A DNA stretch of 64,000 nt from a virus: the UHGV virus genome UHGV-0010228; one strand, 5' to 3'. The notes under the pieces are model-generated. The model was not told where the DNA came from and searched no databases. It was given only the letters and a program-made list of their open reading frames with translations. The translations under genes and the position numbers were made by a program. Shown in pieces: positions 29,277 through 38,156 of this stretch. Position 1 is the first letter of the stretch; every line of letters begins with the position of its first letter.

Positions 29277-30971
29277 TTAAACTCCCTTAGGAAGCATTGA
29301 ATTTAATGGTATAGAATTTATAACCTGACTTATCTGTTGTGCTTTTAAGTCTTTCGGTGTTATTCTATGATGCTTGTTTTCACCATCTAATTCATTGTTC
29401 TTTTCCTCAATACTTTCTAAATCAGATGCAATTGAAATTATTGATACTGGCTTTTCTTTATCAATATCAACTTCTAATCTTATGTTCTTTTCATTTGTAA
29501 AAGGATGATTAAAATAATCAACTGCAGTTCTGTCTGATTTACCTCTTATCTTTAAGCGCTTAAATGTAAGATAAGTCTGCCCACTAGACTTTTGCTTTTC
29601 TAAGTTAATTAGGCATATCCAGTCAGCATCTTCTGCAATTTCCCATGAATTGCCTATTGATGAAGTACCTACGAATCTCGCAACATCTTCTTTACCATCT
29701 CTAGATGCGGCATCGATAATTCCATTACCATCACGATTTAACTGCATTGCTGATATAACTGGAATTTGTAGATCCTGTGCAATATTCTTCAATTCTTTAC
29801 TTACATAACCAATTCTAACTCTTTCATCACCATTTGAAGGATGAATTGAATCTATTCGCTTAATATAGTCAAGTACTATTGCTATGGGTTCTTTCCCTTT
29901 ATCATTTAAAGATCTTACAATATTGTATATTTCAGAAGTATTAATTTCCAAGTTACCATAATATCTCATTTCTATATCTATACCATTATCAGCATCAAAT
30001 TCAAACTTTCCTGACTCTTTTAATGTATTATATACATCTTTAATAGTCTTATCTCGCATCTCATCTTCAACATCAGAATACATATCATACAAACGTTCAA
30101 CTGTTTCTTCAATTGAGTTTTCCATAGTTATGAATAAGATACATTTGCGTCTTCCATTTTCATATGGAATTATTTGTGGATTATATCTACGAATCTGATC
30201 TGTTATATTAAGTAAAGTGCCCGATTTAAATTTTCCTGTTCCACCCAATATTACATAGAATCTGCCAGATTTAAATCCTGGAGATAGTATGGCATTTAAT
30301 TGTCTTATGCCAGTCTGTAATATTGACGATGGCTTCTTAGCTTTATTAACTACTGTACCTAATAGATTAGCATAGTCATCATCTGAAAAGCTAAATTGCC
30401 TTAATAAACCCTGTGATGCATTACTATTATGAAGATCCATCAGTAAAGATGACATTACGTCTTTTAATTCATTTATTAGAGATGTATATGAAGTTTCGTA
30501 TGATGTACCATCAATATTCTCTAATAAACGTATTAAATTATCCTTTGTTTTATATATCGCGATAGTTTGAAGACGCTCGTTGATCATTTTAGTCATAACA
30601 TCACATTCGGACTGAGATAATTTATTTTTTCCTATTTCTAAATTTGATGATAATTCTATAATATTAGAATCTCCTGATTCGTTTATTTTCATCTGAATTA
30701 TATCAGATGAAACTACATTATTAGTTACTATAGTATCCAGCATTAATTCTAATAATTTTAATCTATTATATATATCAGGATTGACTTTATTAGTCTCAAT
30801 ATCGAGATATTGCAATAATTTATTTAAATTTGATTTGTAATTTAGAGATACATATTCGCATTGAACATATTTGATCATTGCGTTCAATGTTGGTACATCT
30901 AAAGCCATATTTATTTTATCGTTAGATTTAGATTTACGCTTTGGGATATTAGCCAACGTATTCACCCCCAT
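29277..30971 (-). CDS. DnaB-like replicative helicase (RecA-fold ATPase)
   Basis: Walker A YVILGGTGKFKSG, H4-like motif PVISAMQLNRDG; 564 aa. Confidence 0.65.
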   Translation of the reverse strand: MGVNTLANIPKRKSKSNDKINMALDVPTLNAMIKYVQCEYVSLNYKSNLNKLLQYLDIETNKVNPDIYNRLKLLELMLDTIVTNNVVSSDIIQMKINESGDSNIIELSSNLEIGKNKLSQSECDVMTKMINERLQTIAIYKTKDNLIRLLENIDGTSYETSYTSLINELKDVMSSLLMDLHNSNASQGLLRQFSFSDDDYANLLGTVVNKAKKPSSILQTGIRQLNAILSPGFKSGRFYVILGGTGKFKSGTLLNITDQIRRYNPQIIPYENGRRKCILFITMENSIEETVERLYDMYSDVEDEMRDKTIKDVYNTLKESGKFEFDADNGIDIEMRYYGNLEINTSEIYNIVRSLNDKGKEPIAIVLDYIKRIDSIHPSNGDERVRIGYVSKELKNIAQDLQIPVISAMQLNRDGNGIIDAASRDGKEDVARFVGTSSIGNSWEIAEDADWICLINLEKQKSSGQTYLTFKRLKIRGKSDRTAVDYFNHPFTNEKNIRLEVDIDKEKPVSIISIASDLESIEEKNNELDGENKHHRITPKDLKAQQISQVINSIPLNSMLPKGV

Positions 30972-31554
30972 TTAAATCATTATCAGTCAATCCTAATAAT
31001 CCAGCGATTTCTGGATATTTAGTTGCCATTATTGATAATATTCTAGGGGTAAAATTTTCTACATATACAATAGTATTTGGATCTAAATCTAATGCATAAC
31101 ATATTAAATCTTCATCAGGATCTTTAATATATTGGATATTTGCAGGATTCTCATCTATTTTAGATATTAAATAATCTTTATCTATATTTGCATAATTGAT
31201 CATTAATGATGGGTCAATATCAAATGCGTCTTTATATATTTCTTTTGTCTTAATATTATCTGGTAAATTCAATAGTGATTCTGGATTTGATTTTATAGCT
31301 TTCAAAGCCATATCTTTTGTAATTCTTATTCCCTTATCATTTAAATAATTCACATTATTTCCATCTAAATCTAACACAAACTCACAGAGCTCATCAGATG
31401 GGTCATTTAAATATTGAAATAATGCGGGTTCTTTTGCTAAGCATACTTTCCACATCTCATCTGTACGATATTTATTTTTTAATAATAATATCAGTGATGG
31501 ATATATCGAAAGTATCTCCAATAATTTTTCATTTCTTACATTTTCTGTAATCAT
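30949..31554 (-). CDS. hypothetical protein with internal DPxxELxxxxLDLD repeats
   Basis: 201-aa ORF, repeats DPSDELCEFVLDLDGNNVNYL / DPDEDLICYALDLDPNTIVYV. Confidence 0.5.
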   Translation of the reverse strand: MITENVRNEKLLEILSIYPSLILLLKNKYRTDEMWKVCLAKEPALFQYLNDPSDELCEFVLDLDGNNVNYLNDKGIRITKDMALKAIKSNPESLLNLPDNIKTKEIYKDAFDIDPSLMINYANIDKDYLISKIDENPANIQYIKDPDEDLICYALDLDPNTIVYVENFTPRILSIMATKYPEIAGLLGLTDNDLNGGEYVG

Positions 31555-31559
31555 ATTAC

Positions 31560-32717
31560 TTATTCTCCTATATATTTTGATAATATCTTATTAATATTAT
31601 CGATTGGAATTGATTTGTTTTTATTTTCATATATCCATTGCTGATACTTTTCTGCAATAGATATATTTGGATCGAATATAAATCCATATTTATTAGTTAA
31701 ATCAACTAATTGATTTTTCTTTTTTGTCTTTTCCTTCTTCTTTTCTAAGTCTTTAACTTCAATTTTAACATTTTTATTATTTATAAAATATTTCTTGAAT
31801 GTATTAATTAAATCATCATCAGTTTCGGTTGATGTTGATTTAAGTATTTTTACTCTAAGTCTATTATTTTCAAGATCATATTTTTCTTCTATATTACTTA
31901 TTAATTCTGCATAATCTGCTGTTGTTGTAATATTACTAGTGTCAACGATAATAGTATCATATCTTTTAGCTTTTGTATTTTCAATTTGTATATATGAATA
32001 TTCATGGGAATCTGTATCATATTGTAAAATTATAAATCCTTTAGGCTCTTCTTCTCCAAAAACCCATCTATCAAAAGATCCTGTATATAACAATGGGTTT
32101 TCAAAATACATTGTATGCCAATGTCCAGCGATCATTGGACCTTTGATTAATGAACTAAAAGTACCATAACTAAATATAACATTCCTATTATGTGATTCAT
32201 TTGAATGCTGAACCACAATATCTGGCAATACAATATCAAAACTACCATGAAAGAACCCTATATCTGGAATGCTCATTATATTCTTCATATACTTCTTCAT
32301 ATATTCGTCAGTTGCAATTAATTCATCTGGACAATACATACATTTCATATTAGGCAGAGTTTCTTCTATTGTATTTTCAGTAAATATTTTATAATAACTA
32401 TCGTCATCTTCATATACTCTAAAAGCTTCTAATTGGTTATTGTCGTGCTCATGGGTTCCTTTAACAACTCTAATTTTCTTTATATTATTTTCTTTACAGC
32501 AATTTACCAATTCATCCATCCATTGCAAAGCAAATAGTGCTGATTTAGAATTTAGAGTTAATTTATAATCAAAATAATCTCCACAGATAACAACCATATC
32601 GAGATTATTCTTCATCTCTCTAATAGTATCTAATACTATACTTAGATTTGAGTAGAGAGTTTTAGCTTCAACTGCTCCCCAGTGTATATCTGAAATTACT
32701 AACATATTATATTTCAT
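31560..32717 (-). CDS. sbcD: Mre11/SbcD-like nuclease (metallophosphoesterase)
   Basis: MLVISDIHWG, VVICGDYFD, GTHEHD phosphoesterase motifs; start at ATG 32717 (MKYNML) with RBS AAGGAG 11 nt upstream; longest ORF start 32927 rejected. Confidence 0.8.
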   Translation of the reverse strand: MKYNMLVISDIHWGAVEAKTLYSNLSIVLDTIREMKNNLDMVVICGDYFDYKLTLNSKSALFALQWMDELVNCCKENNIKKIRVVKGTHEHDNNQLEAFRVYEDDDSYYKIFTENTIEETLPNMKCMYCPDELIATDEYMKKYMKNIMSIPDIGFFHGSFDIVLPDIVVQHSNESHNRNVIFSYGTFSSLIKGPMIAGHWHTMYFENPLLYTGSFDRWVFGEEEPKGFIILQYDTDSHEYSYIQIENTKAKRYDTIIVDTSNITTTADYAELISNIEEKYDLENNRLRVKILKSTSTETDDDLINTFKKYFINNKNVKIEVKDLEKKKEKTKKKNQLVDLTNKYGFIFDPNISIAEKYQQWIYENKNKSIPIDNINKILSKYIGE

Positions 32718-32740
32718 AATATTCATATCTCCTTTATCAA

Positions 32741-32753
32741 ATAAATAATATAT
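32741..32753 (-). promoter_or_regulatory. promoter-like motif ATATATTATTTAT
   Basis: about 28 nt upstream of sbcD ATG; divergent partner motif at 32790. Confidence 0.55.
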
Positions 32754-32789
32754 CAATTTCTGATTTTTATGAATAATATCAGAAAAATG

Positions 32790-32802
32790 ATATATTATAT
32801 CG
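32790..32802 (+). promoter_or_regulatory. promoter-like motif ATATATTATATCG (plus-strand instance)
   Basis: 46 nt upstream of TTG 32845. Confidence 0.45.
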
Positions 32803-32844
32803 ATGAATACATATGTATAATTTAATGTTTGGAGGTTAGTTAAA

Positions 32845-33510
32845 TTGCATTTATACGAAAAAGACGGGAAAAAATATCCATCAGTAACAACAATTGTACA
32901 TTCTTTAGGAAGTGATGATATTGTCAAATGGTCAAATTTCTTAGGATTTAAGCATATTAAAGTACAAACTGAATTAGATAGAACTGCATCATTCGGAACA
33001 TTAGTTCATTCACATTTACAACATATCGTTGATCCTTCGTGTACTGATGAATTGATAGAACCAAAAAATTCTATTGAAAAATATGATCTTGATAAAGTTA
33101 TTAAAATATTTAATGATTATTTCAAAAATTTTAAATATGAAACTTTATTTACTGAAAGATTTATATTATCTGAAGAATTAGGATATGCAGGTACAATGGA
33201 TTGGGTTGCTAATGTAAATGGTAAAATAATGCTAAATGATTTTAAAACTGCCAAAGCCCCATATGTATCAATGATGTTTCAATTAGGTGGCTATTATAAT
33301 TTATTACAATCAATAGGTCAAGATGTCGATCTAGCATCTATTATAACAATAAATACATCTGGATGTAGAATGCACCCAATACATAAAGAAGATTTAATAT
33401 TTTATGCTAATGTATTTAATAGTCTTGCTAAATTTTATATATCAACGGAATTATACAATAATCCTAAACCTAAAATAGATTATGATATAATATCATCATT
33501 GCAGGAGTAA
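32845..33510 (+). CDS. PD-(D/E)xK family nuclease (Cas4/RecB-like exonuclease fold)
   Basis: YPSVTTI N-terminal motif, GTMDWV...MLNDFKTAK (D...(D/E)xK) core; TTG start with RBS GGAGG. Confidence 0.55.
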   Translation: MHLYEKDGKKYPSVTTIVHSLGSDDIVKWSNFLGFKHIKVQTELDRTASFGTLVHSHLQHIVDPSCTDELIEPKNSIEKYDLDKVIKIFNDYFKNFKYETLFTERFILSEELGYAGTMDWVANVNGKIMLNDFKTAKAPYVSMMFQLGGYYNLLQSIGQDVDLASIITINTSGCRMHPIHKEDLIFYANVFNSLAKFYISTELYNNPKPKIDYDIISSLQE

Positions 33511-33515
33511 TTCAT

Positions 33516-33887
33516 ATGAACATAATAAATTATTTAACACAAAAACGTGATAAAAAAATTCAACGTGAAGTTGAATTGGAAAAACAAATGATTGATGAAT
33601 ATATATACTTAAGAAAGAATAAATTGCCAATGCCTAGGAGTAAACTAGGAATGCGAACAGATATAGTTGCTAAATACTTTAAATTATTACCATATACATC
33701 AGCATATACTTCAAATTCATTATCTCATGATGATATTTATATGGAATATTATACTGTAGAGAATGAAGCTAGAGTTGGCAGTAAAATGGGTAATCCTAAT
33801 ATAGCAATTCTAAATGATATATTAGACAAAGATAGAGTATTTCAACGGGTATATGATAAGATCGTTTATAAGAAAATTCATTTATAA
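33516..33887 (+). CDS. hypothetical protein
   Basis: 123-aa ORF, RBS GGAG. Confidence 0.5.
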   Translation: MNIINYLTQKRDKKIQREVELEKQMIDEYIYLRKNKLPMPRSKLGMRTDIVAKYFKLLPYTSAYTSNSLSHDDIYMEYYTVENEARVGSKMGNPNIAILNDILDKDRVFQRVYDKIVYKKIHL

Positions 33888-33918
33888 AAAGAATAGTTCT
33901 GAAACTATTCTTTTTTTA
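33888..33918 (+). terminator. rho-independent terminator
   Basis: gaatagtt-ctgaa-aactattc followed by TTTTTTT. Confidence 0.7.
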
Positions 33919-33957
33919 ACAATTATGTAAATTCTAGAGAAAGCGAGGGATATATTT

Positions 33958-34959
33958 ATGAGGCACTATACAAATAGTGATATTTTTCAATATATTAATC
34001 GTGGTAATAACTTCCAATCGGATGTTGCTAATACGGTAAGAGCTATAAATCCTTCAATCATTATAAATGATATGATTAAATCTTCAATTGCTGATTTAAC
34101 CAAGACAAGTAAAGAGGGCGTATTAGTTAAGGTTATAGATGCTATTAATAAACACGACTTATTATTAATTAATCCTCCTATAGAAGTAAGATTACCAGAA
34201 TATGCACCATTTATAAAGGCTAAATTTAAAGGTAAAGTATGTGTAATAATTGATGTTAGTAGATACACTTCACCTATATTAAATTCAAAAGATGAATTAG
34301 CTGGTTATAAAGTTGATATTAATAAGCTTTATAACTTAATTATTCCTGCATATATTGCTTTAAAATTCTATGTACCGAACTCATTATTACCAGCCGAAAC
34401 AGCTAAAGGATTAGCTAAGGTATGGGCAAGAATGTTTTGTAATGTATTGATGAGTAATGCTATTGGCATATTACAGAATCATAGTGAAAGATTAGAAGCA
34501 TTTATGTATTTTGCATTTAAATTCTTCTTAATATATTACTTAGAGGAACCTGCTAATCTGGTTGATAAGTTGGCAGAATCTACACTTGAAAATGGAAAAT
34601 CTCAGTATATATTAATAATAGAGGATAAATGCAAATCTCTTGGTATTAATATGTATGAGGATTTTGGTACTTTATGCCGAACTTTATTTAATAACGATAT
34701 TACAAATATTAAAGGTGCCATAGCTAAAGTTAACGATATGAACCAATCAGAACTTATAAATGCGTATATTCGTCAGTATGGTACTAATGCAATTATGTCA
34801 TTATGTGCAGTAGAATATTTTACTTGGACTATATTTGCAGCATATAATAAATGCAACATAATGAAAGACCGTGGTCTTGAAAATGTATTATATGGCAGGC
34901 GTGGAGAATATAAACGAGAAGTTCCAAAATTATTCGATTCGATATATAAAGAATTATAA
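33958..34959 (+). CDS. hypothetical protein
   Basis: 333-aa ORF, RBS GAGGGA. Confidence 0.55.
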   Translation: MRHYTNSDIFQYINRGNNFQSDVANTVRAINPSIIINDMIKSSIADLTKTSKEGVLVKVIDAINKHDLLLINPPIEVRLPEYAPFIKAKFKGKVCVIIDVSRYTSPILNSKDELAGYKVDINKLYNLIIPAYIALKFYVPNSLLPAETAKGLAKVWARMFCNVLMSNAIGILQNHSERLEAFMYFAFKFFLIYYLEEPANLVDKLAESTLENGKSQYILIIEDKCKSLGINMYEDFGTLCRTLFNNDITNIKGAIAKVNDMNQSELINAYIRQYGTNAIMSLCAVEYFTWTIFAAYNKCNIMKDRGLENVLYGRRGEYKREVPKLFDSIYKEL

Positions 34960-34974
34960 AAAAAAAAAAAAAAT

Positions 34975-35004
34975 AAAACCCGGAGACAATGTCTCCGGGT
35001 TTTT
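34975..35004. terminator. bidirectional GC-rich hairpin terminator
   Basis: A15-cccggagac-aat-gtctccggg-TTTTT. Confidence 0.8.
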
Positions 35005-35007
35005 ACT

Positions 35008-35400
35008 CTACTTAACCTCTAAACATATATCGAGTCCTTTGAACTCGATTTTGTTCGAAGCTATTTTTGGATCTTCGGATGATGAGGATCCAATTGCCCA
35101 ATTAGTGATCTCACCTCTATGCCACAGAGGTGAAAATATGTCTGCAGGAGCGGATGCTCCTACTTCCCAATATTCCAGAATAGTTAAGATTCTGGAATAT
35201 AGAAGTTTTTCAACAGCCGTTGCACGGCTGTTGTCGTTTGATGGTTCTGAATTCGCCATCAGATTTTTAAAGAGGAGATATGCTCCTCTTTTATCTTCTA
35301 CAATCAAATTTAACTGGGCAGATAAATCTGTCCAGTTATTGAAGGCGTTCATAGTCTCCAGAATATCGAATAATTCTGTAAATGGTTTAAAATTTCTCAT
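35008..35400 (-). CDS. hypothetical protein encoded by GC-rich, hairpin-dense segment
   Basis: 130-aa ORF with strong RBS AGGAGG 9 nt upstream, promoter motif 49 nt upstream, terminator downstream; local GC well above genome average; >=6 perfect hairpins inside. Confidence 0.4.
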   Translation of the reverse strand: MRNFKPFTELFDILETMNAFNNWTDLSAQLNLIVEDKRGAYLLFKNLMANSEPSNDNSRATAVEKLLYSRILTILEYWEVGASAPADIFSPLWHRGEITNWAIGSSSSEDPKIASNKIEFKGLDICLEVK

Positions 35401-35446
35401 AGTAATATTCCTCCTATATTATTTATACTATGTACTATAATTTCAC

Positions 35447-35459
35447 TTTAATAATATAT
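35447..35459 (-). promoter_or_regulatory. promoter-like motif ATATATTATTAAA
   Basis: 49 nt upstream of ATG 35400. Confidence 0.6.
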
Positions 35460-35476
35460 CAATGAAAAATAAAGAT

Positions 35477-35512
35477 ATTACGGTATATTCTATATATAGA
35501 ATATACCGTAAT
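35477..35512. terminator. 36-bp perfect palindrome terminator
   Basis: attacggtatattctatat-atagaatataccgtaat. Confidence 0.65.
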
Positions 35513-35531
35513 TAATATAATGAAATTATAG

Positions 35532-36008
35532 TTAATTATTAGTTATAATTTCATATATCATGTCATCATGATAAGTCCCATACTTATCTCTCACAGCATC
35601 TTTGAGGACATGTTTGTTCCCGCCATATTTAGTCATGATTCTATCATAACCTTTACATGCTGGATTTCCACCAATCGCTCTCCATTCGATTCTATGGAAA
35701 CGATTAATGAGTTCATCTATCTTGCGATAGACATCACGTCCAACAATTATATTTCCTCTATCAAAAGAAATATACCCGAATCGAGATACATTTGATGAAT
35801 AATAATCAACAAAGTACTCTAAATACCCAATCAATTCTTTGGCTGAATTGATTATTGCAAATTGATAGTTGCCTTTATTTGGTTCATCATTTATTATTAT
35901 AGGTGAATTATATAATCCTCCCATATAATAAAAGAACTCATCAGTATAAAAATACTCTAGGCTTCTTTTATATATTTCCTCTTTATACAATATCGCTGGT
36001 ACTAACAT
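35532..36008 (-). CDS. hypothetical protein
   Basis: 158-aa ORF, RBS AAGGAGG, own promoter motif and terminator. Confidence 0.5.
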   Translation of the reverse strand: MLVPAILYKEEIYKRSLEYFYTDEFFYYMGGLYNSPIIINDEPNKGNYQFAIINSAKELIGYLEYFVDYYSSNVSRFGYISFDRGNIIVGRDVYRKIDELINRFHRIEWRAIGGNPACKGYDRIMTKYGGNKHVLKDAVRDKYGTYHDDMIYEIITNN

Positions 36009-36055
36009 AGTATTATTATTCCTCCTTATTATGTAAACTAGATGTATTTATTCAT

Positions 36056-36068
36056 TTTAATAATATAT
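36056..36068 (-). promoter_or_regulatory. promoter-like motif ATATATTATTAAA
   Basis: 42 nt upstream of ATG 36008. Confidence 0.6.
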
Positions 36069-36078
36069 TAATAAAAAA

Positions 36079-36113
36079 AAAGATATTACGGATAATTTCT
36101 CCGTAATATCTTT
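36079..36113. terminator. palindromic terminator sharing gatattacgg core with 35477 element
   Basis: aaagatattacgga-taatttc-tccgtaatatcttt. Confidence 0.65.
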
Positions 36114-36120
36114 AATTTAT

Positions 36121-36849
36121 TTACTCCATTTTCCCAGCGAAAACTAAAATGTCTAATACTTCATTATTATAAACATACCCAGCACACCTACAGCAATAAC
36201 GTGAATTATTTAATAATAAATGAATTGGATTGATTTTACCAGAACATTTAAATATATCTGAGATATGAAGTGTTCCACTCATAACACATAAATAACTCTT
36301 TGCCGTCTTAATTAACGAATAGGCATATCTTTTCGTTCGTTTTCCATCGAGGCTATTGAAGCCCCTGCACCTTGTTAAATCTATAGATATAACTGATATT
36401 AATGTTTTTACCATCTTAGCATATACCAATTTGAATTTTGCATCAATAATCGGTGAACGACGACCAATATCTTGATATTCATATTTAAGTGTTGCATAGT
36501 GATAAGTAAATGTCCAATGATAAATCATATATTCAGGTGTCGTAGCCGGAATTTGTATGCTTCGAAATTTGTTTGTCATTTTACGACACTTTCTTGGTTC
36601 ATCGAGTTTTGATTCGAACTCGTTTAAATCGTGTAATATATCTGCAAGTTTAATTGGAATCACACCACCAGCATCATTCATAGCTTTATCAAACTTTTCT
36701 TCTAAAGTTGGTATAACCTTAAGAAATGCCGTTTCCAAATTGTATTTTGGAGAGTCATCAGTCGTCTTATCTTCCTCTTTTTCATCATTAACTAACTGCG
36801 TTTCATCCTTTAACTGTAAATCACCCTTTAAAATATCTTCTTCTCTCAT
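36121..36849 (-). CDS. hypothetical protein (Cys-rich C-terminus)
   Basis: 242-aa ORF, RBS AAGGAGG; CxC...CxxC near C-terminus. Confidence 0.5.
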   Translation of the reverse strand: MREEDILKGDLQLKDETQLVNDEKEEDKTTDDSPKYNLETAFLKVIPTLEEKFDKAMNDAGGVIPIKLADILHDLNEFESKLDEPRKCRKMTNKFRSIQIPATTPEYMIYHWTFTYHYATLKYEYQDIGRRSPIIDAKFKLVYAKMVKTLISVISIDLTRCRGFNSLDGKRTKRYAYSLIKTAKSYLCVMSGTLHISDIFKCSGKINPIHLLLNNSRYCCRCAGYVYNNEVLDILVFAGKME

Positions 36850-36894
36850 AATAATTTATCCTCCTTATTATGTAAATTAAATGTATTTATTCAC

Positions 36895-36907
36895 CATAAT
36901 AATATAT
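36895..36907 (-). promoter_or_regulatory. promoter-like motif ATATATTATTATG
   Basis: 48 nt upstream of ATG 36849. Confidence 0.55.
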
Positions 36908-36920
36908 TTTTATAAAAAAA

Positions 36921-36952
36921 TTTAGAATATCGCAATATTGCGATATTCTAAA
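36921..36952. terminator. 32-bp perfect palindrome terminator
   Basis: tttagaatatcgcaat-attgcgatattctaaa. Confidence 0.65.
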
Positions 36953-36970
36953 TTTCTATAACTTGATTTT

Positions 36971-37357
36971 TTATCGTCTTTCTGATAAATAATTAACTAT
37001 TGAATCATAAAATTGATCAACATCAATTATCTCAGATTTATAATTATCAATCCGCCTTACGAAACCAAATATTATAGTTGCTTCTTTGCGGAACCTTTTA
37101 AAATATATCGATGGATTGGTTGCATATGGATTTATCACATTATTCATCCCTATACGTATGTATTTTCTGCATCTCTCAATACAATCATATATTCTAGTTG
37201 CAATAGCTGTAATAGGGATATTTAATGGTGTTCTATTACATTCTAAATGTATAGCAATTTTAAATCTCTCTTTAAGAATGTTTTCATAAAGATTACTAAG
37301 TTTAATATTAATATCAAATTTAGTCATTCCATTATTAACCATCCATTTTCTATACAT
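36971..37357 (-). CDS. hypothetical protein
   Basis: 128-aa ORF, RBS GAGGAGG. Confidence 0.5.
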   Translation of the reverse strand: MYRKWMVNNGMTKFDINIKLSNLYENILKERFKIAIHLECNRTPLNIPITAIATRIYDCIERCRKYIRIGMNNVINPYATNPSIYFKRFRKEATIIFGFVRRIDNYKSEIIDVDQFYDSIVNYLSERR

Positions 37358-37372
37358 AATAATTCCTCCTCT

Positions 37373-37741
37373 TTATAACCCTTTTATTCTATTATATCTA
37401 CGCATAAGATTACTTATATCAATAATTAATTCCTCACGTATATGATATATCATATTAGTTTGAAATGAATCTAATAATTTATCATATTTTTCCATTGAAA
37501 GGCTTTTTTCATATACCTTAACTATGTATTCATGTACTGAAAAAAGTCTTTGGGTAACTTCGAGTGAATCATGACATTTTTCTCTAGGCTCATCTTCCCA
37601 ATATAATTCAAGATCAACTAAGAATTCTTCAAGATCTTTATCATATAATCTAAGGGCTTTCTTATAGATTTTATTCAATGCACTAAATACAAAATATACA
37701 TCTGATAATGATTTTATATTCTCAATTTTAAAAATGTTCAT
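37373..37741 (-). CDS. hypothetical protein
   Basis: 122-aa ORF, RBS AAAGGAAAT. Confidence 0.5.
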   Translation of the reverse strand: MNIFKIENIKSLSDVYFVFSALNKIYKKALRLYDKDLEEFLVDLELYWEDEPREKCHDSLEVTQRLFSVHEYIVKVYEKSLSMEKYDKLLDSFQTNMIYHIREELIIDISNLMRRYNRIKGL

Positions 37742-37772
37742 ATTATTTCCTTTTCTAAATAAAGTGATAAAT

Positions 37773-37840
37773 TTAAAGATGTAGAACTCGAGAATTTATT
37801 TCTTTGGTCTTACCCTCATTCCAGAAATTGCTTCCAAGAT
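37773..37840 (-). CDS. nrdD: anaerobic ribonucleotide reductase NrdD, exon 2 (last 21 codons)
   Basis: after splicing the reading frame gives ...RRTCG-Y-LGSNFWNEGKTKEINSRVLHL*, matching the conserved glycyl-radical C-terminus RVCGYLGS...NAGK...RV.HL as recalled from memory. Confidence 0.7.
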
Positions 37841-38156
37841 CTTTTATACCCTCGGTTTCCCGATATTTTAGTAGGGGAATAGACTATACAATACTATTTC
37901 TGATTATTTTTATGACAAAATCGACCTTTAGAATCTCGTGCCTTAAAACACAGAAATAGTTCTCTATTATAGTCGTTGAACGTCCATCCTATATTTCTAT
38001 AGATGTTTCGCTGCGTTTGATTACCCAATCCTTAATGATTTTACCATACCGATTCCGTTACTAATCGCCACTATCTATATCACTATGATAGCTTGGTTAT
38101 TAAGGCTCTAAGGGACTCCCCGCAGTTTAAGAGATTTAACGTGGACTATCTCGTTA
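37841..38156 (-). ncRNA. group I self-splicing intron (ORF-less, 316 nt) in nrdD
   Basis: P1: exon GUGGAU pairs intron GUCCAC with U.G at splice site; P10: exon-2 AUCUUG pairs CGAGAU; P element AACUGCGGGGAG, Q CGCAGCG, R GUUCAACGACUAUAA, S GUAUAGUCUAUUCC in canonical order; GNRA-loop hairpin UCGG-GAAA-CCGA; terminal G before exon 2. Confidence 0.75.

Noticed and set aside
34871-35440. 189-aa plus-strand ORF
   Set aside because: It starts inside the upstream gene and reads straight through the strong bidirectional terminator at 34975-35004. The opposite-strand ORF has a proper RBS and promoter. The long ORF is a GC-richness artefact.
37741-37765. Alternative exon 2 reading YLEKEII* at the RBS of the next gene
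   Set aside because: It is not preceded by the obligatory terminal G of a group I intron and there is no P10 pairing. It overlaps the RBS of gene 37373-37741. The site at 37840 satisfies omega-G and P10 and restores the conserved YLGS tail.
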